A stretch of DNA of 62,586 bases, filler included. It is 5 parts of 5 records of this genome, joined end to end, with 100 filler letters (N's around TTAATTAATTAA, not from the genome) between each part and the next. Parts side by side here need not be neighbours in the genome. Positions count along the whole stretch, not along the records: positions 45,904 to 55,673 come from DRR723986_8083; positions 55,774 to 62,586 come from DRR723986_8084; 3 more parts are not named here. One strand, written 5' to 3'. The position numbers and the translations under genes are program-made. The notes under the pieces were generated by a model. The model was not told where the DNA came from, did not search any database, and saw only the letters and a program-made list of their open reading frames with translations. Shown here piece after piece: positions 49,330 to 59,949 of this stretch (position 1 is its first letter; each line of letters opens with the position of its first letter).

Positions 49330-50586
49330 TCAGCTGGATTCGTGCTCGTGAATCCGCTTGCCCCAGGCTTCCCGTTCGCCCGGCAGGATCAGGTTAAGGA
49401 TGATGGCAACCACTGCGCACAGGGCGATGCCTTCCAGTTGGCCCAGCGCCATGTTGCCGATACCAAAGACCAGGGTCACGCCTACGATCACCAGATTACG
49501 GGACTGGGACAGATCCACCTGATGTCGGATCAGGGTATTCAGGCCCACAACGGCGATTGAACCGAACAGCAGGCAGAGGATGCCGCCCATAACCGGTACC
49601 GGAATGGTCTGCAACGCGGCGCCGAACTTGCCGACAAACGCCAGAACAATGGCAACCACCGCCGCCCACCACATAACTTTCGGGTTGAAGTTCTTGGTCA
49701 GCATCACCGCACCGGTTACCTCGGAATACGTGGTGTTGGGAGGACCGCCAAGCAGCGAGGCAGCGCTGGTGGCCAGACCATCACCCAGCAGGGTACGGTG
49801 CAAGCCCGGTTTTTCCAGATAGTTCTTGCGGGTAACGTTACCGATGGCCAGAACGTCGCCGATGTGTTCGATGGCTGGTGCGATGGCGACCGGAATCATG
49901 AACAGGATAGCGCCCCAGCTGAACGCCGGTGCTACGAAGTTTGGCATTGCCAGCCACTCAGCCTGTTGGATCGGCGTTGTGTCAACAATGCCCATAATGG
50001 CAGAGAGAAGGTAACCCACGAGGACACCGAACATGATCGGGATCAGTCGGAAAATGCCCTTGGCCCAGACCGACATGATGATGGTCACGGCCAGAGAGAT
50101 CATGGCAATCCATATGGCAGTGTTGTAGGGCACCAGCTGAGTCTGGCCGTCACCGGTTTTGCCTGTAGCCATAAACACTGCTACCGGAGCCAACCCCAGG
50201 CCGATGGTCATGATGACCGGTGCAATCACCACCGGAGGTAGCAGCCGGGTAATGAAGCCGGTGCCACGCAGGCGAATCGCCCCGGACAGAATGATATACA
50301 GAATGCCTGCGGCCATCAGGCCACCGAGGGTTTCTTCCAGGCCAAAGCGGCCTTTGGAGGCCAGCACGGGCGCGATGAACGCGAACGATGAAGCCAGGAA
50401 AATCGGGATCTGGCCACCGGTCACAATGTGAAAGATAAGAGTGCCCAGGCCGGCAGTGAACAGCGCGACGTTCGGGTCCAGGCCAGTAATCAGTGGCATC
50501 AGTACCAGGGCGCCAAAAGCCACCAGCAGCATCTGGGAACCGGCAATAGCCTGTTTCCAGACCGGATCGTTGTTATGGTCCTGCAT
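49330..50586 (-). CDS. uraA: Uracil permease (NCS2/UraA family)
   Basis: SSFAFI, EHIGD, PPNTTYSE NAT motif; co-transcribed with upp. Confidence 0.92.
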   Translation of the reverse strand: MQDHNNDPVWKQAIAGSQMLLVAFGALVLMPLITGLDPNVALFTAGLGTLIFHIVTGGQIPIFLASSFAFIAPVLASKGRFGLEETLGGLMAAGILYIILSGAIRLRGTGFITRLLPPVVIAPVIMTIGLGLAPVAVFMATGKTGDGQTQLVPYNTAIWIAMISLAVTIIMSVWAKGIFRLIPIMFGVLVGYLLSAIMGIVDTTPIQQAEWLAMPNFVAPAFSWGAILFMIPVAIAPAIEHIGDVLAIGNVTRKNYLEKPGLHRTLLGDGLATSAASLLGGPPNTTYSEVTGAVMLTKNFNPKVMWWAAVVAIVLAFVGKFGAALQTIPVPVMGGILCLLFGSIAVVGLNTLIRHQVDLSQSRNLVIVGVTLVFGIGNMALGQLEGIALCAVVAIILNLILPGEREAWGKRIHEHESS

Positions 50587-50588
50587 GC

Positions 50589-51227
50589 TCAGACGTCCTT
50601 CTGCTTGGTGCCGAAGATCTTGTCGCCGGCATCACCCAGGCCCGGCAGAATGTAGCCTTTCTCGTTCAGGCGCTCATCCACCGATGCGGTGTAGATGGAC
50701 ACGTCCGGGTGTTTTTCCAGAACCTTTTCCACGCCCTCCGGCGCAGCCACCAGAACCAGAGCCCGGATTTCGGTGCTACCGGCCTTTTTGAGCAAATCGA
50801 TGGTGGAAATCATTGAGCCGCCGGTAGCCAGCATCGGATCGATGATCAGGGCCATGCGCTGATCCAGCTCGCCTACCAGTTTTTCCAGGTAGGTTTCCGC
50901 TTCAAGGGTGTCTTCGTTGCGGATCTGGCCAACCACGCTCACCCGGGCCACCGGAATCAGGCTCAGGACACCGTCCAGCATGCCCAGACCAGCACGGAGG
51001 ATGGGCACGATGGTTACCTTCTTGCCGTGGATCTGCTCCACGGAGACCGGGCCTGCCCAGCCCTCAATGGTTTTTTCCTGAAGATTGAAGTCTTTGGTGG
51101 CCTCGTAAGTCAGCAGCGCGCCAACTTCCTGTGCCAGCTCTCGGAAGTTTTTGGTACTGATGTCGGCGCGGCGCATGAGGCCGAGCTTGTGGCGGATCAG
51201 AGGGTGCTTCACTTCGTGGATCGGCAT
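50589..51227 (-). CDS. upp: Uracil phosphoribosyltransferase
   Basis: [34 protein letters not shown]. Confidence 0.98.
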
Positions 51228-51350
51228 GGGGTCACCTGTGTGTTCGGGTTTCTGGCTTGAATCGGGATAGTGCAAATGGCGAAAGGATACCGTATCTGGG
51301 CCGCTGCGTCAGGCGTTGAACGGTGCTCAGACGTCAAATTTTGCAAGGGC

Positions 51351-51365
51351 TGGTACGGTTCTTGC
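51351..51365 (+). promoter_or_regulatory. Sigma-54 (-24/-12) promoter of flhA
   Basis: TGGTAC-GGTTC-TTGC versus consensus TGGCAC-N5-TTGC, about 85 nt upstream of the flhA ATG. Confidence 0.75.
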
Positions 51366-51392
51366 GATACCACCCGGAAAGCGACCCCTGGT

Positions 51393-51406
51393 GTCAGATT
51401 TTCGAC
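51393..51406. promoter_or_regulatory. Possible FleQ box in the flhA leader
   Basis: GTCAGATTTTCGAC (GTC-N8-GAC) downstream of the sigma-54 site. Confidence 0.5.
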
Positions 51407-51450
51407 CCGGAAAATGCCCGCAGGCACAGATACGTGGAGACAGACCCGGC

Positions 51451-53625
51451 ATGGACAGAGCTCTAGTCCTTAACAACGTCAAATCCCTGACGCGGGGGAA
51501 CCTCGGCATCCCCCTGATGCTGATGGGGCTGCTTGGCATGATGATTCTGCCCATGCCGGCGTTCCTGCTGGATGTGTTCTTCACCTTCAACATCACTCTG
51601 TCCATCGTCATTCTGCTGGTCTGCGTGTACGCCATGCGGCCGATGGAATTTGCCTCCTTCCCCACGGTATTGCTGGTGGCCACCCTGTTGCGGCTGGGCC
51701 TGAACGTGGCGTCCACCCGGATTGTATTGCTGAACGGCCATGAGGGCGGCGATGCTGCCGGTAAGGTCATCGAGTCCTTTGGTGAAGTCCTGATTGGGGG
51801 AAACTACGCTGTTGGTCTGGTGGTTTTCGCCATCCTTATGATCATCAACTTTCTGGTTGTCACCAAAGGTGCCGGCCGGGTGTCTGAGGTCAGTGCCCGC
51901 TTTACTCTGGATGCCATGCCTGGCAAGCAGATGGCGATTGATGCCGATCTGAATGCCGGGCTGATCAATCAGGACGAGGCCAAGCATCGCCGTTCGGAAA
52001 TCGCCCAGGAAGCCGATTTTTACGGTTCCATGGACGGTGCCTCGAAGTTCGTGAAAGGCGATGCTGTTGCCGGTTTGCTGATTCTGGCCATCAACATCGT
52101 TGGTGGTGTGGCTATCGGCATGATGCAGCACGGGTTGGATTTTGGTCTGGCAATGGAGCGTTATGCTCTGCTGACCATCGGTGATGGTCTGGTGGCCCAG
52201 ATTCCCTCGCTGTTGCTCTCCACGTCGGCCGCCATCATGGTTACCCGGGTAACGTCCAGCCAGGACATGGGTGGCCAGATCATTCAGCAGATGTTCAGCG
52301 CTCCCAAGGCGTTGGGTATTGCGGCGGGTATCCTGATTCTGCTGGGCCTGATTCCGGGCATGCCCCACATCGCGTTTCTCGGCCTTGGTTTGCTGGCCGC
52401 CGGCGCAGCCTGGTTTATCTGGAAGAAACAGCAGCAAACGGTTGAAGATGAAGGTGGCTTTGTTGGCCGTGGCGGCATGGCGGGTGGTGCGGCCCGGCAG
52501 GGTGCGGAAATTTCTCCGGATCGTCCGGGCGGCGAGGGGCAGGCACTGCCGGCGCCGGGGGAAACCCGCGAGCTCGGATGGGATGACGTGGCCACGGTGG
52601 ACATTGTCGGGCTGGAAGTGGGCTACCGCCTGATTCCGCTGGTAGACAAATCCCAGGGTGGACAATTGCTCAGTCGGATCAAGGGGGTTCGTAAGAAGCT
52701 TTCGCAGGATCTGGGCTTCCTCATGCCCTCGGTGCACATTCGCGACAACCTGGATCTTATGCCGAACGTCTACCGGATTACCCTGATGGGCGTGACCATT
52801 GCCGAGGCCGAGATCCATCCGGAGCGGGAGCTGGCCATTGATCCGGGGCAGGTGTTTGGCAAAGTTGAAGGCATTGCCGGCAAGGACCCCGCCTTCGGCC
52901 TGGACGCCATCTGGATTGAGTCCGACAGGAAGGATCAGGCCCAGACCCTGGGGTACACCGTGGTGGATGCGAGTACCGTGGTGGCGACACATCTGAATCA
53001 GATCCTGCAGAAACACGCTCATGAACTGATTGGCCACGAAGAAGCCCAGAAGTGGCTGGACCAGTTGGAGAAGATTTCGCCCAAGCTGGCGGAGGAACTG
53101 GTGCCGACCACGATTTCCATCAGCATCCTGTTGAAAGTTTTGCAGAACCTGTTGAAAGAAGAAGTGCCGGTGCGGGATATGCGCTCCATTGCCGAGGCCA
53201 TCGTGAACGTGCATCCAAAGAGTCAGGACCCGAAAGTACTGACCACGGTAGCCCGCCAGGCGCTGCGCCGGATGATTGTTCAGAGTATTTGTGGCAACGA
53301 CGCCGAAATCCCTGTTATCACGTTGGATCCAGACCTGGAACAGTTATTGCTGAAGTCTGTTCAGCAGAGTCAACAATCCGGCGGTCAGGATGACATTGGT
53401 CTGGTGCTTGAGCCCAACATGGTGGAAAAGCTGCAACGATCCCTTCAGGACAGCGTGCAGCGCCAGGAAATGCTCGGCAAGCCCGCCATCCTGCTGGTTT
53501 CGGGGCCCTTGCGGCCAGTACTGGCGAAGTTTGCCAGCTACGGGGTAGAGCGTTTGCATGTGCTCTCTTACCAGGAAATCCCGGATAACAAACAGATCAC
53601 GATAGTCGCTTCTGTGGGTCAATAA
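51451..53625 (+). CDS. flhA: Flagellar export gate protein FlhA
   Basis: RFTLDAMPGKQMAIDADL, DFYGSMDGASKFVKGD, LTIGDGLV, GYTVVD. Confidence 0.98.
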   Translation: MDRALVLNNVKSLTRGNLGIPLMLMGLLGMMILPMPAFLLDVFFTFNITLSIVILLVCVYAMRPMEFASFPTVLLVATLLRLGLNVASTRIVLLNGHEGGDAAGKVIESFGEVLIGGNYAVGLVVFAILMIINFLVVTKGAGRVSEVSARFTLDAMPGKQMAIDADLNAGLINQDEAKHRRSEIAQEADFYGSMDGASKFVKGDAVAGLLILAINIVGGVAIGMMQHGLDFGLAMERYALLTIGDGLVAQIPSLLLSTSAAIMVTRVTSSQDMGGQIIQQMFSAPKALGIAAGILILLGLIPGMPHIAFLGLGLLAAGAAWFIWKKQQQTVEDEGGFVGRGGMAGGAARQGAEISPDRPGGEGQALPAPGETRELGWDDVATVDIVGLEVGYRLIPLVDKSQGGQLLSRIKGVRKKLSQDLGFLMPSVHIRDNLDLMPNVYRITLMGVTIAEAEIHPERELAIDPGQVFGKVEGIAGKDPAFGLDAIWIESDRKDQAQTLGYTVVDASTVVATHLNQILQKHAHELIGHEEAQKWLDQLEKISPKLAEELVPTTISISILLKVLQNLLKEEVPVRDMRSIAEAIVNVHPKSQDPKVLTTVARQALRRMIVQSICGNDAEIPVITLDPDLEQLLLKSVQQSQQSGGQDDIGLVLEPNMVEKLQRSLQDSVQRQEMLGKPAILLVSGPLRPVLAKFASYGVERLHVLSYQEIPDNKQITIVASVGQ

Positions 53626-53680
53626 ACCGACGGAGCATCGCGGGGAGCCAGAGTGCTTGCCGGTGGGAGGATGAAACAGC

Positions 53681-54994
53681 ATGAAAGTAAAACGGTTTTT
53701 TGCGCAGTCCATGGCTGAGGCCCTGAAGCAGGTAAGCCACGAAATGGGGCCGGATGCCGTTATTCTGTCTAACCGCCGGGTTGATGGTGGTGTTGAGATC
53801 GTGACGGCACTCGACTACGACGAAAACATGGCGCGTCAGCGTCTTGGCGATAGGGCGGTTGAAGCCACCAACGGCTCCCGGCTGGCAGAGATGCAGGCCG
53901 AGCAGCATCGTCGGCTGGAAGATGAGCTGAACCGGTCCCGCAGTCGCATTCGTGAGGTTCGGGAAAAGCGCGCAGGAAGTGGCGCCTCAGGTGGCGTGGC
54001 GTCGTCCTTGTCTTTCGAGACTGCCGATTTTCCGGCGTCACGTCCCAGTGATGAAGCGCTGGCAAAGCCGTTTGCGGGTAGCGAATCCGGCGCCGGTGGC
54101 TATGCCGATGAACTGGCCAGTATGCGTGCCGAAATCAGCTCTCTGCGTGATCTGGTCAGTGGTAAGGCTGCAACTGCCACGCCGACCGGCAACAGCGCAG
54201 TTCAGCAACGATTGGCCGAGCGCCTGCAGGAGTTCGGTTTGGGCGCGGAGCTGGCCGGCTCTCTGTCCCGTCGGCACCGGGCCGGGCGTCTGGAGGACGG
54301 CTGGAAGCAGTCACTGAAAATGCTGGCGACCGGCGTTCGTACCGGTCGCGAAGACTGGCTTGATGCCGGCGGTATCTATGCCCTGGTCGGGCCAACCGGG
54401 TCTGGCAAAACCACCACCATTGGCAAGCTGGCGGCCCGCTACGTCCTTGAGCATGGTCCGGATTCGTTGGCACTGGTGACCACCGACCGCTATCGTGTGG
54501 CCGCTCATGAGCAGCTCTTCGTGTTCGGCCGCATCCTGAATGTGCCCGTGCGTGTGGTGGATGAGAGCCATTCCCTGGATGACATTCTTGATGAGTTATC
54601 GGATCGACACCTGGTGCTGATTGACACTGCCGGCCTGACCAGTGCCGACCGCGGTTACCAGGAACAACTGGCGGAGTTAGCTCGCAGCGATCACAATATC
54701 CGTACACATCTGGTGGTCTCCGCCACCAGTCAGCCACGTATCATGAAATCCGTGTGGCATTGCTATAAGATGGCAAACCTTACAGGCTGCATCATGACCA
54801 AGATTGATGAGGCCCTGACCCTGGGCGAAGCGCTCGGGTTCGTTATGGAGACCAGCTTACCGGTGGCCTGGTACACCGATGGCCAGAAGATACCGGAAGA
54901 TCTCCAGAGGGCGGAGGCCATTCCGTTAGTGCGCCTGGGCGTAGAACGGCTTAAGGCCGTGCAGAGCACTCAGACAGTCGCCGAAGGTGCCTGA
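53681..54994 (+). CDS. flhF: SRP-family GTPase FlhF
   Basis: MKVKRF, GPTGSGKTT, DTAG, TKIDE, GQKIPED. Confidence 0.96.
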   Translation: MKVKRFFAQSMAEALKQVSHEMGPDAVILSNRRVDGGVEIVTALDYDENMARQRLGDRAVEATNGSRLAEMQAEQHRRLEDELNRSRSRIREVREKRAGSGASGGVASSLSFETADFPASRPSDEALAKPFAGSESGAGGYADELASMRAEISSLRDLVSGKAATATPTGNSAVQQRLAERLQEFGLGAELAGSLSRRHRAGRLEDGWKQSLKMLATGVRTGREDWLDAGGIYALVGPTGSGKTTTIGKLAARYVLEHGPDSLALVTTDRYRVAAHEQLFVFGRILNVPVRVVDESHSLDDILDELSDRHLVLIDTAGLTSADRGYQEQLAELARSDHNIRTHLVVSATSQPRIMKSVWHCYKMANLTGCIMTKIDEALTLGEALGFVMETSLPVAWYTDGQKIPEDLQRAEAIPLVRLGVERLKAVQSTQTVAEGA

Positions 54995-55066
54995 GCCTCG
55001 TTGGCGACAGAATAAAACACCGGCACGCGTGCCCGTACAAGAACGTAGTAAGAGACTGATAACAGT

Positions 55067-55673
55067 ATGAGCAGACCACATCCGGTTCAGGTGATTGCGG
55101 TTTCCGGCGGCAAGGGCGGTGTCGGCAAGAGCAATGTTTCGGTCAATCTCGGTATCGCCCTGGCCCAGAAGGGGCGCCGGGTTGTCTTGCTGGACGCGGA
55201 TCTCGGGCTCGCCAACATCGATGTGTTGCTCGGCATTACCGCCAATCGAAATCTTCAAGACGTACTCAGCGGCGATTGTGATCTGAAAGACGTGCTGGTG
55301 AATGGCCCTGGTGGTATCAAGATTGTACCGGCTTCCTCCGGCACCCAGCGTATGACCCAGCTCAGCGCCATGGAACATGCCGGCCTGATCAACGCTTTCA
55401 GTGAGCTGGGCGACCAGATTGACGTTCTGATTGTGGATACCGCCGCAGGTATTTCTGAATCGGTGGTCAGCTTCCTCAGGGCCTCGCAGGAACTTCTGCT
55501 GGTGGTCTGCGACGAACCTACTTCCATTACCGATGCGTACGCGTTGATCAAGCTGATGAACCGGGATTATGGCACCAACCGCTTCCGTATCCTGGCAAAC
55601 CAGGTCCGCAATGAGCAGGAAGGCCGCCATCTGTTTGAAAAACTGACCCGGGTCACCGAGCGTTTTCTGGATG
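55067..55673 (+). CDS. fleN: Flagellar number regulator FleN/FlhG, 3'-truncated
   Basis: SGGKGGVGKS, DADLGLAN, DTAAG, EPTSITDAYA; follows flhF. Confidence 0.93.
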
Positions 55674-55773
55674 NNNNNNNNNNNNNNNNNNNNNNNNNNN
55701 NNNNNNNNNNNNNNNNNTTAATTAATTAANNNNNNNNNNNNNNNNNNNNNNNNNNNNNNNNNNNNNNNNNNNN
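55674..55773. other. Artificial contig-joining spacer
   Basis: 44 N + TTAATTAATTAA + 44 N. Confidence 0.99.
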
Positions 55774-55774
55774 A

Positions 55775-56761
55775 TTGCTGGATCAACGCCTGCTCCCGGC
55801 AGAGGAGCACTGGATTGTTGCGGATGGTGCCTCGGCGGTGGCCCAGTGCATAACGGATATGGTGGTGCGTGGGGCACCGGCCATCGGCATCAGTGCTGCG
55901 TACGGGGTGGCCCTGGCAGCCCGCCACGCAGGCGGAGGCGATTGGCAGGCCGAGATCAAACAGGCTATTCGAGTGTTGGCGAAATCCCGGCCTACTGCGG
56001 TGAACCTGTTCTGGGCGCTGGAGCGCATGGAAAAGGTGTTCCACGCCTGTCATTCTCTGGACGAAGCCACTGATCGGCTGGCGGCAGAGGCTGTTCGTCT
56101 GCATGAGGATGACCTGGCGGCCAACCTGGCCATGGCGGATTTTGCTCTGGAGGTGATGAATCCCGACAAGCCTGTCGCAGTGCTGACCCACTGTAACACC
56201 GGTGCACTTGCCACCGGAGGATACGGTACCGCGTTGGGGGTGATTCGCCGTTTGCACGAGGAAAAACTGCTGAAACGGGTCTATGCCGACGAAACCCGGC
56301 CCTGGCTTCAGGGCAGCCGGCTAACCGCCTGGGAGCTGACCCGTGACCATATTCCCGTTACGCTCAATGCCGATGGCGCGGCAGCGGCCATTATGGCTTC
56401 CGGCAAGGTTAAATGGATTGTTGTGGGTGCCGACCGGATAACTGCCAACGGTGATGTGGCGAACAAGATTGGTACCTATAACCTGGCGGTCCTGGCGCGG
56501 CACCACAAGATCGGGTTTATGGTGGTGGCTCCCTCCAGCACCGTCGATATGTCGCTGGAGTCCGGCAAGGATATTCCGATCGAAGAGCGGGAGGGCACCG
56601 AGGTGCGTGAAATCCGCGGGATTCCCCTGGCGCCCGCCGGCGTTCAGGTCTTCAATCCGGTCTTCGACGTGACACCGGCCAGCCTGATTGATGCCATCGT
56701 GACCGAGAAGGGCGCAGTGCGTAACCCCAACATCACCGGAATGCGGGCGCTGTTTACCTGA
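55775..56761 (+). CDS. mtnA: Methylthioribose-1-phosphate isomerase, 5'-truncated
   Basis: [53 protein letters not shown]. Confidence 0.96.
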   Translation: MLDQRLLPAEEHWIVADGASAVAQCITDMVVRGAPAIGISAAYGVALAARHAGGGDWQAEIKQAIRVLAKSRPTAVNLFWALERMEKVFHACHSLDEATDRLAAEAVRLHEDDLAANLAMADFALEVMNPDKPVAVLTHCNTGALATGGYGTALGVIRRLHEEKLLKRVYADETRPWLQGSRLTAWELTRDHIPVTLNADGAAAAIMASGKVKWIVVGADRITANGDVANKIGTYNLAVLARHHKIGFMVVAPSSTVDMSLESGKDIPIEEREGTEVREIRGIPLAPAGVQVFNPVFDVTPASLIDAIVTEKGAVRNPNITGMRALFT

Positions 56762-57536
56762 TATTCCGTTTTGCCCCGGAGCTGGTTGCCGGCTTGTCCG
56801 GCGCTGGCTCGGCGGTCTTCATGCCAGCTTTCAGTTCTGCCACTTCCTTTTCCTGCTGTTCTATAAAATGCAGCGACATTTCAAAGCTCTGGCGGGTAAA
56901 TTCCAGCACTTTGCGGAAGCCTTCATCCGACAGGTTTCTGGCATCGTCGTGCCGGCGGAAGATGTTGATGAATTCCCGTTCCCGCTCGAACTGGAGCGGA
57001 ATCCGGCCTATGCCCCAATCGTTGAGTATCTGCCACACCTCGGGATTATAGTTGCGGGTGGTGCGCATGATAAACGGGATCGGATCGTTGCGGGCCACCA
57101 GGGCGGCGAGTCTCAGGATCAGCTCGAAGGAGAGGGTGGAGGTGCCATTTTCAATGGCTTCCAGCAAAGACTTGTCTTTGAGGTTCAGGGCTTCACTCAT
57201 TTCCGAGAGCGTGAGGCCCGCAACTTCCCGTATGTCTTTCAGCGATTGGCCGGCTGTCAGCATGGCCCGCAACTGATCCTGAGAGTTGATCAGGGCCCGA
57301 CCGACCCGCAGGGAGGTGTCGGTTGCCCGGGCGCCCAGGCGAAGTGCCGAACCCGTCAACCCGGCTATACGTTCCAGCATACCGTCTGGGGTTTTATCTT
57401 TCGGGCCAGAGGATTCCAGGCCCTCAGCTTCGTCCATGGAATACATGGCGTGCAGGGCGTCCAGTAGCATGTCCCGGAACACCCGGGCACGCTGTTGGGT
57501 ACTCTGACCGCTTTCCCCGGACGGCTGCCCAGCCAT
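56754..57536 (-). CDS. XRE-type helix-turn-helix protein with uncharacterised flanking helical domains
   Basis: [36 protein letters not shown]; starts 3 nt after the prc stop. Confidence 0.8.
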   Translation of the reverse strand: MAGQPSGESGQSTQQRARVFRDMLLDALHAMYSMDEAEGLESSGPKDKTPDGMLERIAGLTGSALRLGARATDTSLRVGRALINSQDQLRAMLTAGQSLKDIREVAGLTLSEMSEALNLKDKSLLEAIENGTSTLSFELILRLAALVARNDPIPFIMRTTRNYNPEVWQILNDWGIGRIPLQFEREREFINIFRRHDDARNLSDEGFRKVLEFTRQSFEMSLHFIEQQEKEVAELKAGMKTAEPAPDKPATSSGAKRNIR

Positions 57537-57539
57537 GAT

Positions 57540-59705
57540 TTATGGTGCCTCAGTCTTGGCCGCAAACTGGGTGGGCATCAGAATGGACGCCATACGTTGA
57601 TCCAGCTCCAGCAGGTCGGCCATGATGTGCCCGCCTTCCTGGATGACGAAATCCAGTTCTTCGTCGGTGTTGTCCAGATCTGCCGCCTGTTGATCCTGCC
57701 AGTCTTCCAGAGCTTCCAGGTCTTCAAAAGGTTCTTCGCCCTTCAGTTCCCTGCGGGCATTGGCGATGGTCAGGCGGGTCTGCTCGATCTGGTTGTGCTG
57801 GTTCTTGCGCTCGTCCACGTTAAGGCTAACGTAATCCATCTGCCGCTGGCGGTTAAGGAACTCGATTTCCTTCTGCAGCAGCTTGAACTCCGGGTTGGTG
57901 GCGAACCGCTCTTCGTGGCGATTCCGCAGTTCGTCAATCACGCCGGTAAAGTCGAAATAGCGGGCATGGGGAACGGCCTCAATCTGGTCCCACGGCAGGG
58001 CGTGGTCCAGAGCGTCCTCACCAATTCGGGTTTTATCGATGCGCGACGGGATTTCGATGTCTGGAATCACCCCTTTGTGCTGGGTGGAACCGCCGGAAAC
58101 CCGGTAAAACTTGGACTGGGTGATTTTCAATTGACCGTGGTTCAGTGGCCGAACGGCCTGAACCGTGCCTTTGCCGAAGGTTTGGGAGCCAACCACCAGG
58201 CCTCGACCATAATCCTGGATAGCGCCGGCGAAAATTTCAGAGGCGGAGGCGCTCATCCGGTTGACCAGCACCACCAGAGGGCCGTCGTAGACCACGGACG
58301 GATCCTCGTCTTCCAGTACCTGAACATCGTTGTTGGCGTTACGGATCTGGACCGTGGGGCCTTCGTCGATAAACAGGCCAACCAGGTCGTTGGCTTCGTG
58401 CAGTGCGCCACCGCCGTTATTACGAAGATCCATGACCACGCCATCCACGCCGCTGGCCTTGAGTTCCTCAATCAGTTTACGCACGTCGCGGGTGGTGCTT
58501 TTGTAATTTGGATCGCCAGCCTGCATGGCCTGGAAATCGGCGTAGAAGGTGGGGATATTGATGACCCCGATACGATAGGTCTCGCCGTTTCGGTCCAGTT
58601 CAATCACGTCTTTGCTGGCGCTTTGCTCCTCCAGCTTCACCTCGTCGCGCTTGATGGCGATGGTGCGGGTGATGGTCTCGTCGCTGGCGTTGGCCGGGAT
58701 TACTTCCAGGGTTACGGTGGAATTACGGGGGCCGCGGATCAGATCCACCACCTCGTCCAGGCGCCAGCCGATCACGTTTACAGGCTTTTCATCACCCTGG
58801 GCAACCGAGACGATGCGGTCGGCAGGCTGCAGCTGACCCTGCTTGGAGGCCGGGCCACCGGGTACCAGGCGCACTACCTTGGTGTACTCGTTATCGGATT
58901 GCAGTACCGCGCCGATGCCCTCCAGCGAGAGACTCATGTTGATGTTGAAGTTCTCGGAGGTTCGGGGCGAAAAGTAGGACGTGTGAGGGTCCCACATACC
59001 GGTAAAGGCATTCATGTAAGCCTGGAATGCATCTTCGCTGCGGGCCTGGTACGCGCGTTTGAGTTGCCCTTCATAGCGGCGGCGCAGCGTCTCTTCGATC
59101 GCTTCATCGTCTGCGCCGTTCAGTCTCTGGGCCAGAACCGCGTTTTTAATACGCTTCGTCCAGAGCTCGTCCAGAGCGGCCTGGTTTGCCTCCCAGGGCG
59201 CCTCGGAACGGTCGACGCGAATCCTGTCATCGGCAGCGAAGTCCAGTTGCTCAATACCGTTGTCAATGAGCCCCAGGGCGAACTTCAGGCGTTCGATAAC
59301 CCGCTGTTGAACCAGGTTGTAAATATCAAAGCCAGGCTGGAGTTGGCCGGTTTTGAGCGCTGACCCCAGGTGTTTCTTGACCCGGGAGAGGGCATCAATG
59401 TCTTCCTGGGTCAGGTAGATTCTCTGGCTGTCCAGGTAATTCAGGTAGGCATCGAAAACATCGCCGGACAGTTCGTCGCTGATGCCGAGATTGCGGAAAT
59501 GCGTGAACTGCAGCTGCCGGGCAATCAGAATATTGGCGCGGGCCTGGTCAATAGTGGGCGCAACCGGCTCATACCTGGCGGAGTCGTCAATCTTTGCGTA
59601 GGCGCCGGAGACAAGGAGGCCCAGGGCCAGAGCCGTGACCGCGCCTGCTTTCCGGGTGAGGGAAGTCAGGGAAGGGCGCTGCATGGAGTTTTCCGCAATG
59701 GTCAT
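57540..59705 (-). CDS. prc: Tail-specific (carboxy-terminal processing) protease Prc, S41 family
   Basis: DPHTSY, PDZ GIGAVL, DLRNNGGG, SASASEI, GKGTVQ; start uncertain (59705 or 59684). Confidence 0.95.
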   Translation of the reverse strand: MTIAENSMQRPSLTSLTRKAGAVTALALGLLVSGAYAKIDDSARYEPVAPTIDQARANILIARQLQFTHFRNLGISDELSGDVFDAYLNYLDSQRIYLTQEDIDALSRVKKHLGSALKTGQLQPGFDIYNLVQQRVIERLKFALGLIDNGIEQLDFAADDRIRVDRSEAPWEANQAALDELWTKRIKNAVLAQRLNGADDEAIEETLRRRYEGQLKRAYQARSEDAFQAYMNAFTGMWDPHTSYFSPRTSENFNINMSLSLEGIGAVLQSDNEYTKVVRLVPGGPASKQGQLQPADRIVSVAQGDEKPVNVIGWRLDEVVDLIRGPRNSTVTLEVIPANASDETITRTIAIKRDEVKLEEQSASKDVIELDRNGETYRIGVINIPTFYADFQAMQAGDPNYKSTTRDVRKLIEELKASGVDGVVMDLRNNGGGALHEANDLVGLFIDEGPTVQIRNANNDVQVLEDEDPSVVYDGPLVVLVNRMSASASEIFAGAIQDYGRGLVVGSQTFGKGTVQAVRPLNHGQLKITQSKFYRVSGGSTQHKGVIPDIEIPSRIDKTRIGEDALDHALPWDQIEAVPHARYFDFTGVIDELRNRHEERFATNPEFKLLQKEIEFLNRQRQMDYVSLNVDERKNQHNQIEQTRLTIANARRELKGEEPFEDLEALEDWQDQQAADLDNTDEELDFVIQEGGHIMADLLELDQRMASILMPTQFAAKTEAP

Positions 59706-59916
59706 AAATGCATACCTGAAGCTGCTGGGAATCGCCACCAATGACAATGGGGGTGAATACCCGTGACTGTTCGATTTATTGTAGGCAACCGCTACACCTG
59801 TTGCCATAGGCCAGGGGTATAGCTTCGTGACAATATGTCCATATACGTTTCAGCCTGAGGCTAACTATGGGGGCGTGTGACCGGAAGAAAACTGTCGGGA
59901 GTGTGAGGGCAGAGGT

Positions 59917-59942
59917 GGCCGGAGGGTTTGGGCCCTCCGGCC
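59917..59942 (-). terminator. Hairpin downstream of the beta-oxidation operon
   Basis: GGCCGGAGGG-TTTGGG-CCCTCCGGCC, 7 nt after the stop; weak T-tract. Confidence 0.55.
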
Positions 59943-59949
59943 GGCAGGG

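Noticed and set aside
51463..53214. 583-aa minus-strand ORF
   Set aside because: Antisense mirror of flhA; composition typical of non-coding shadow frames.
57495..59363. 622-aa plus-strand ORF
   Set aside because: Antisense mirror of prc with no domain signature.
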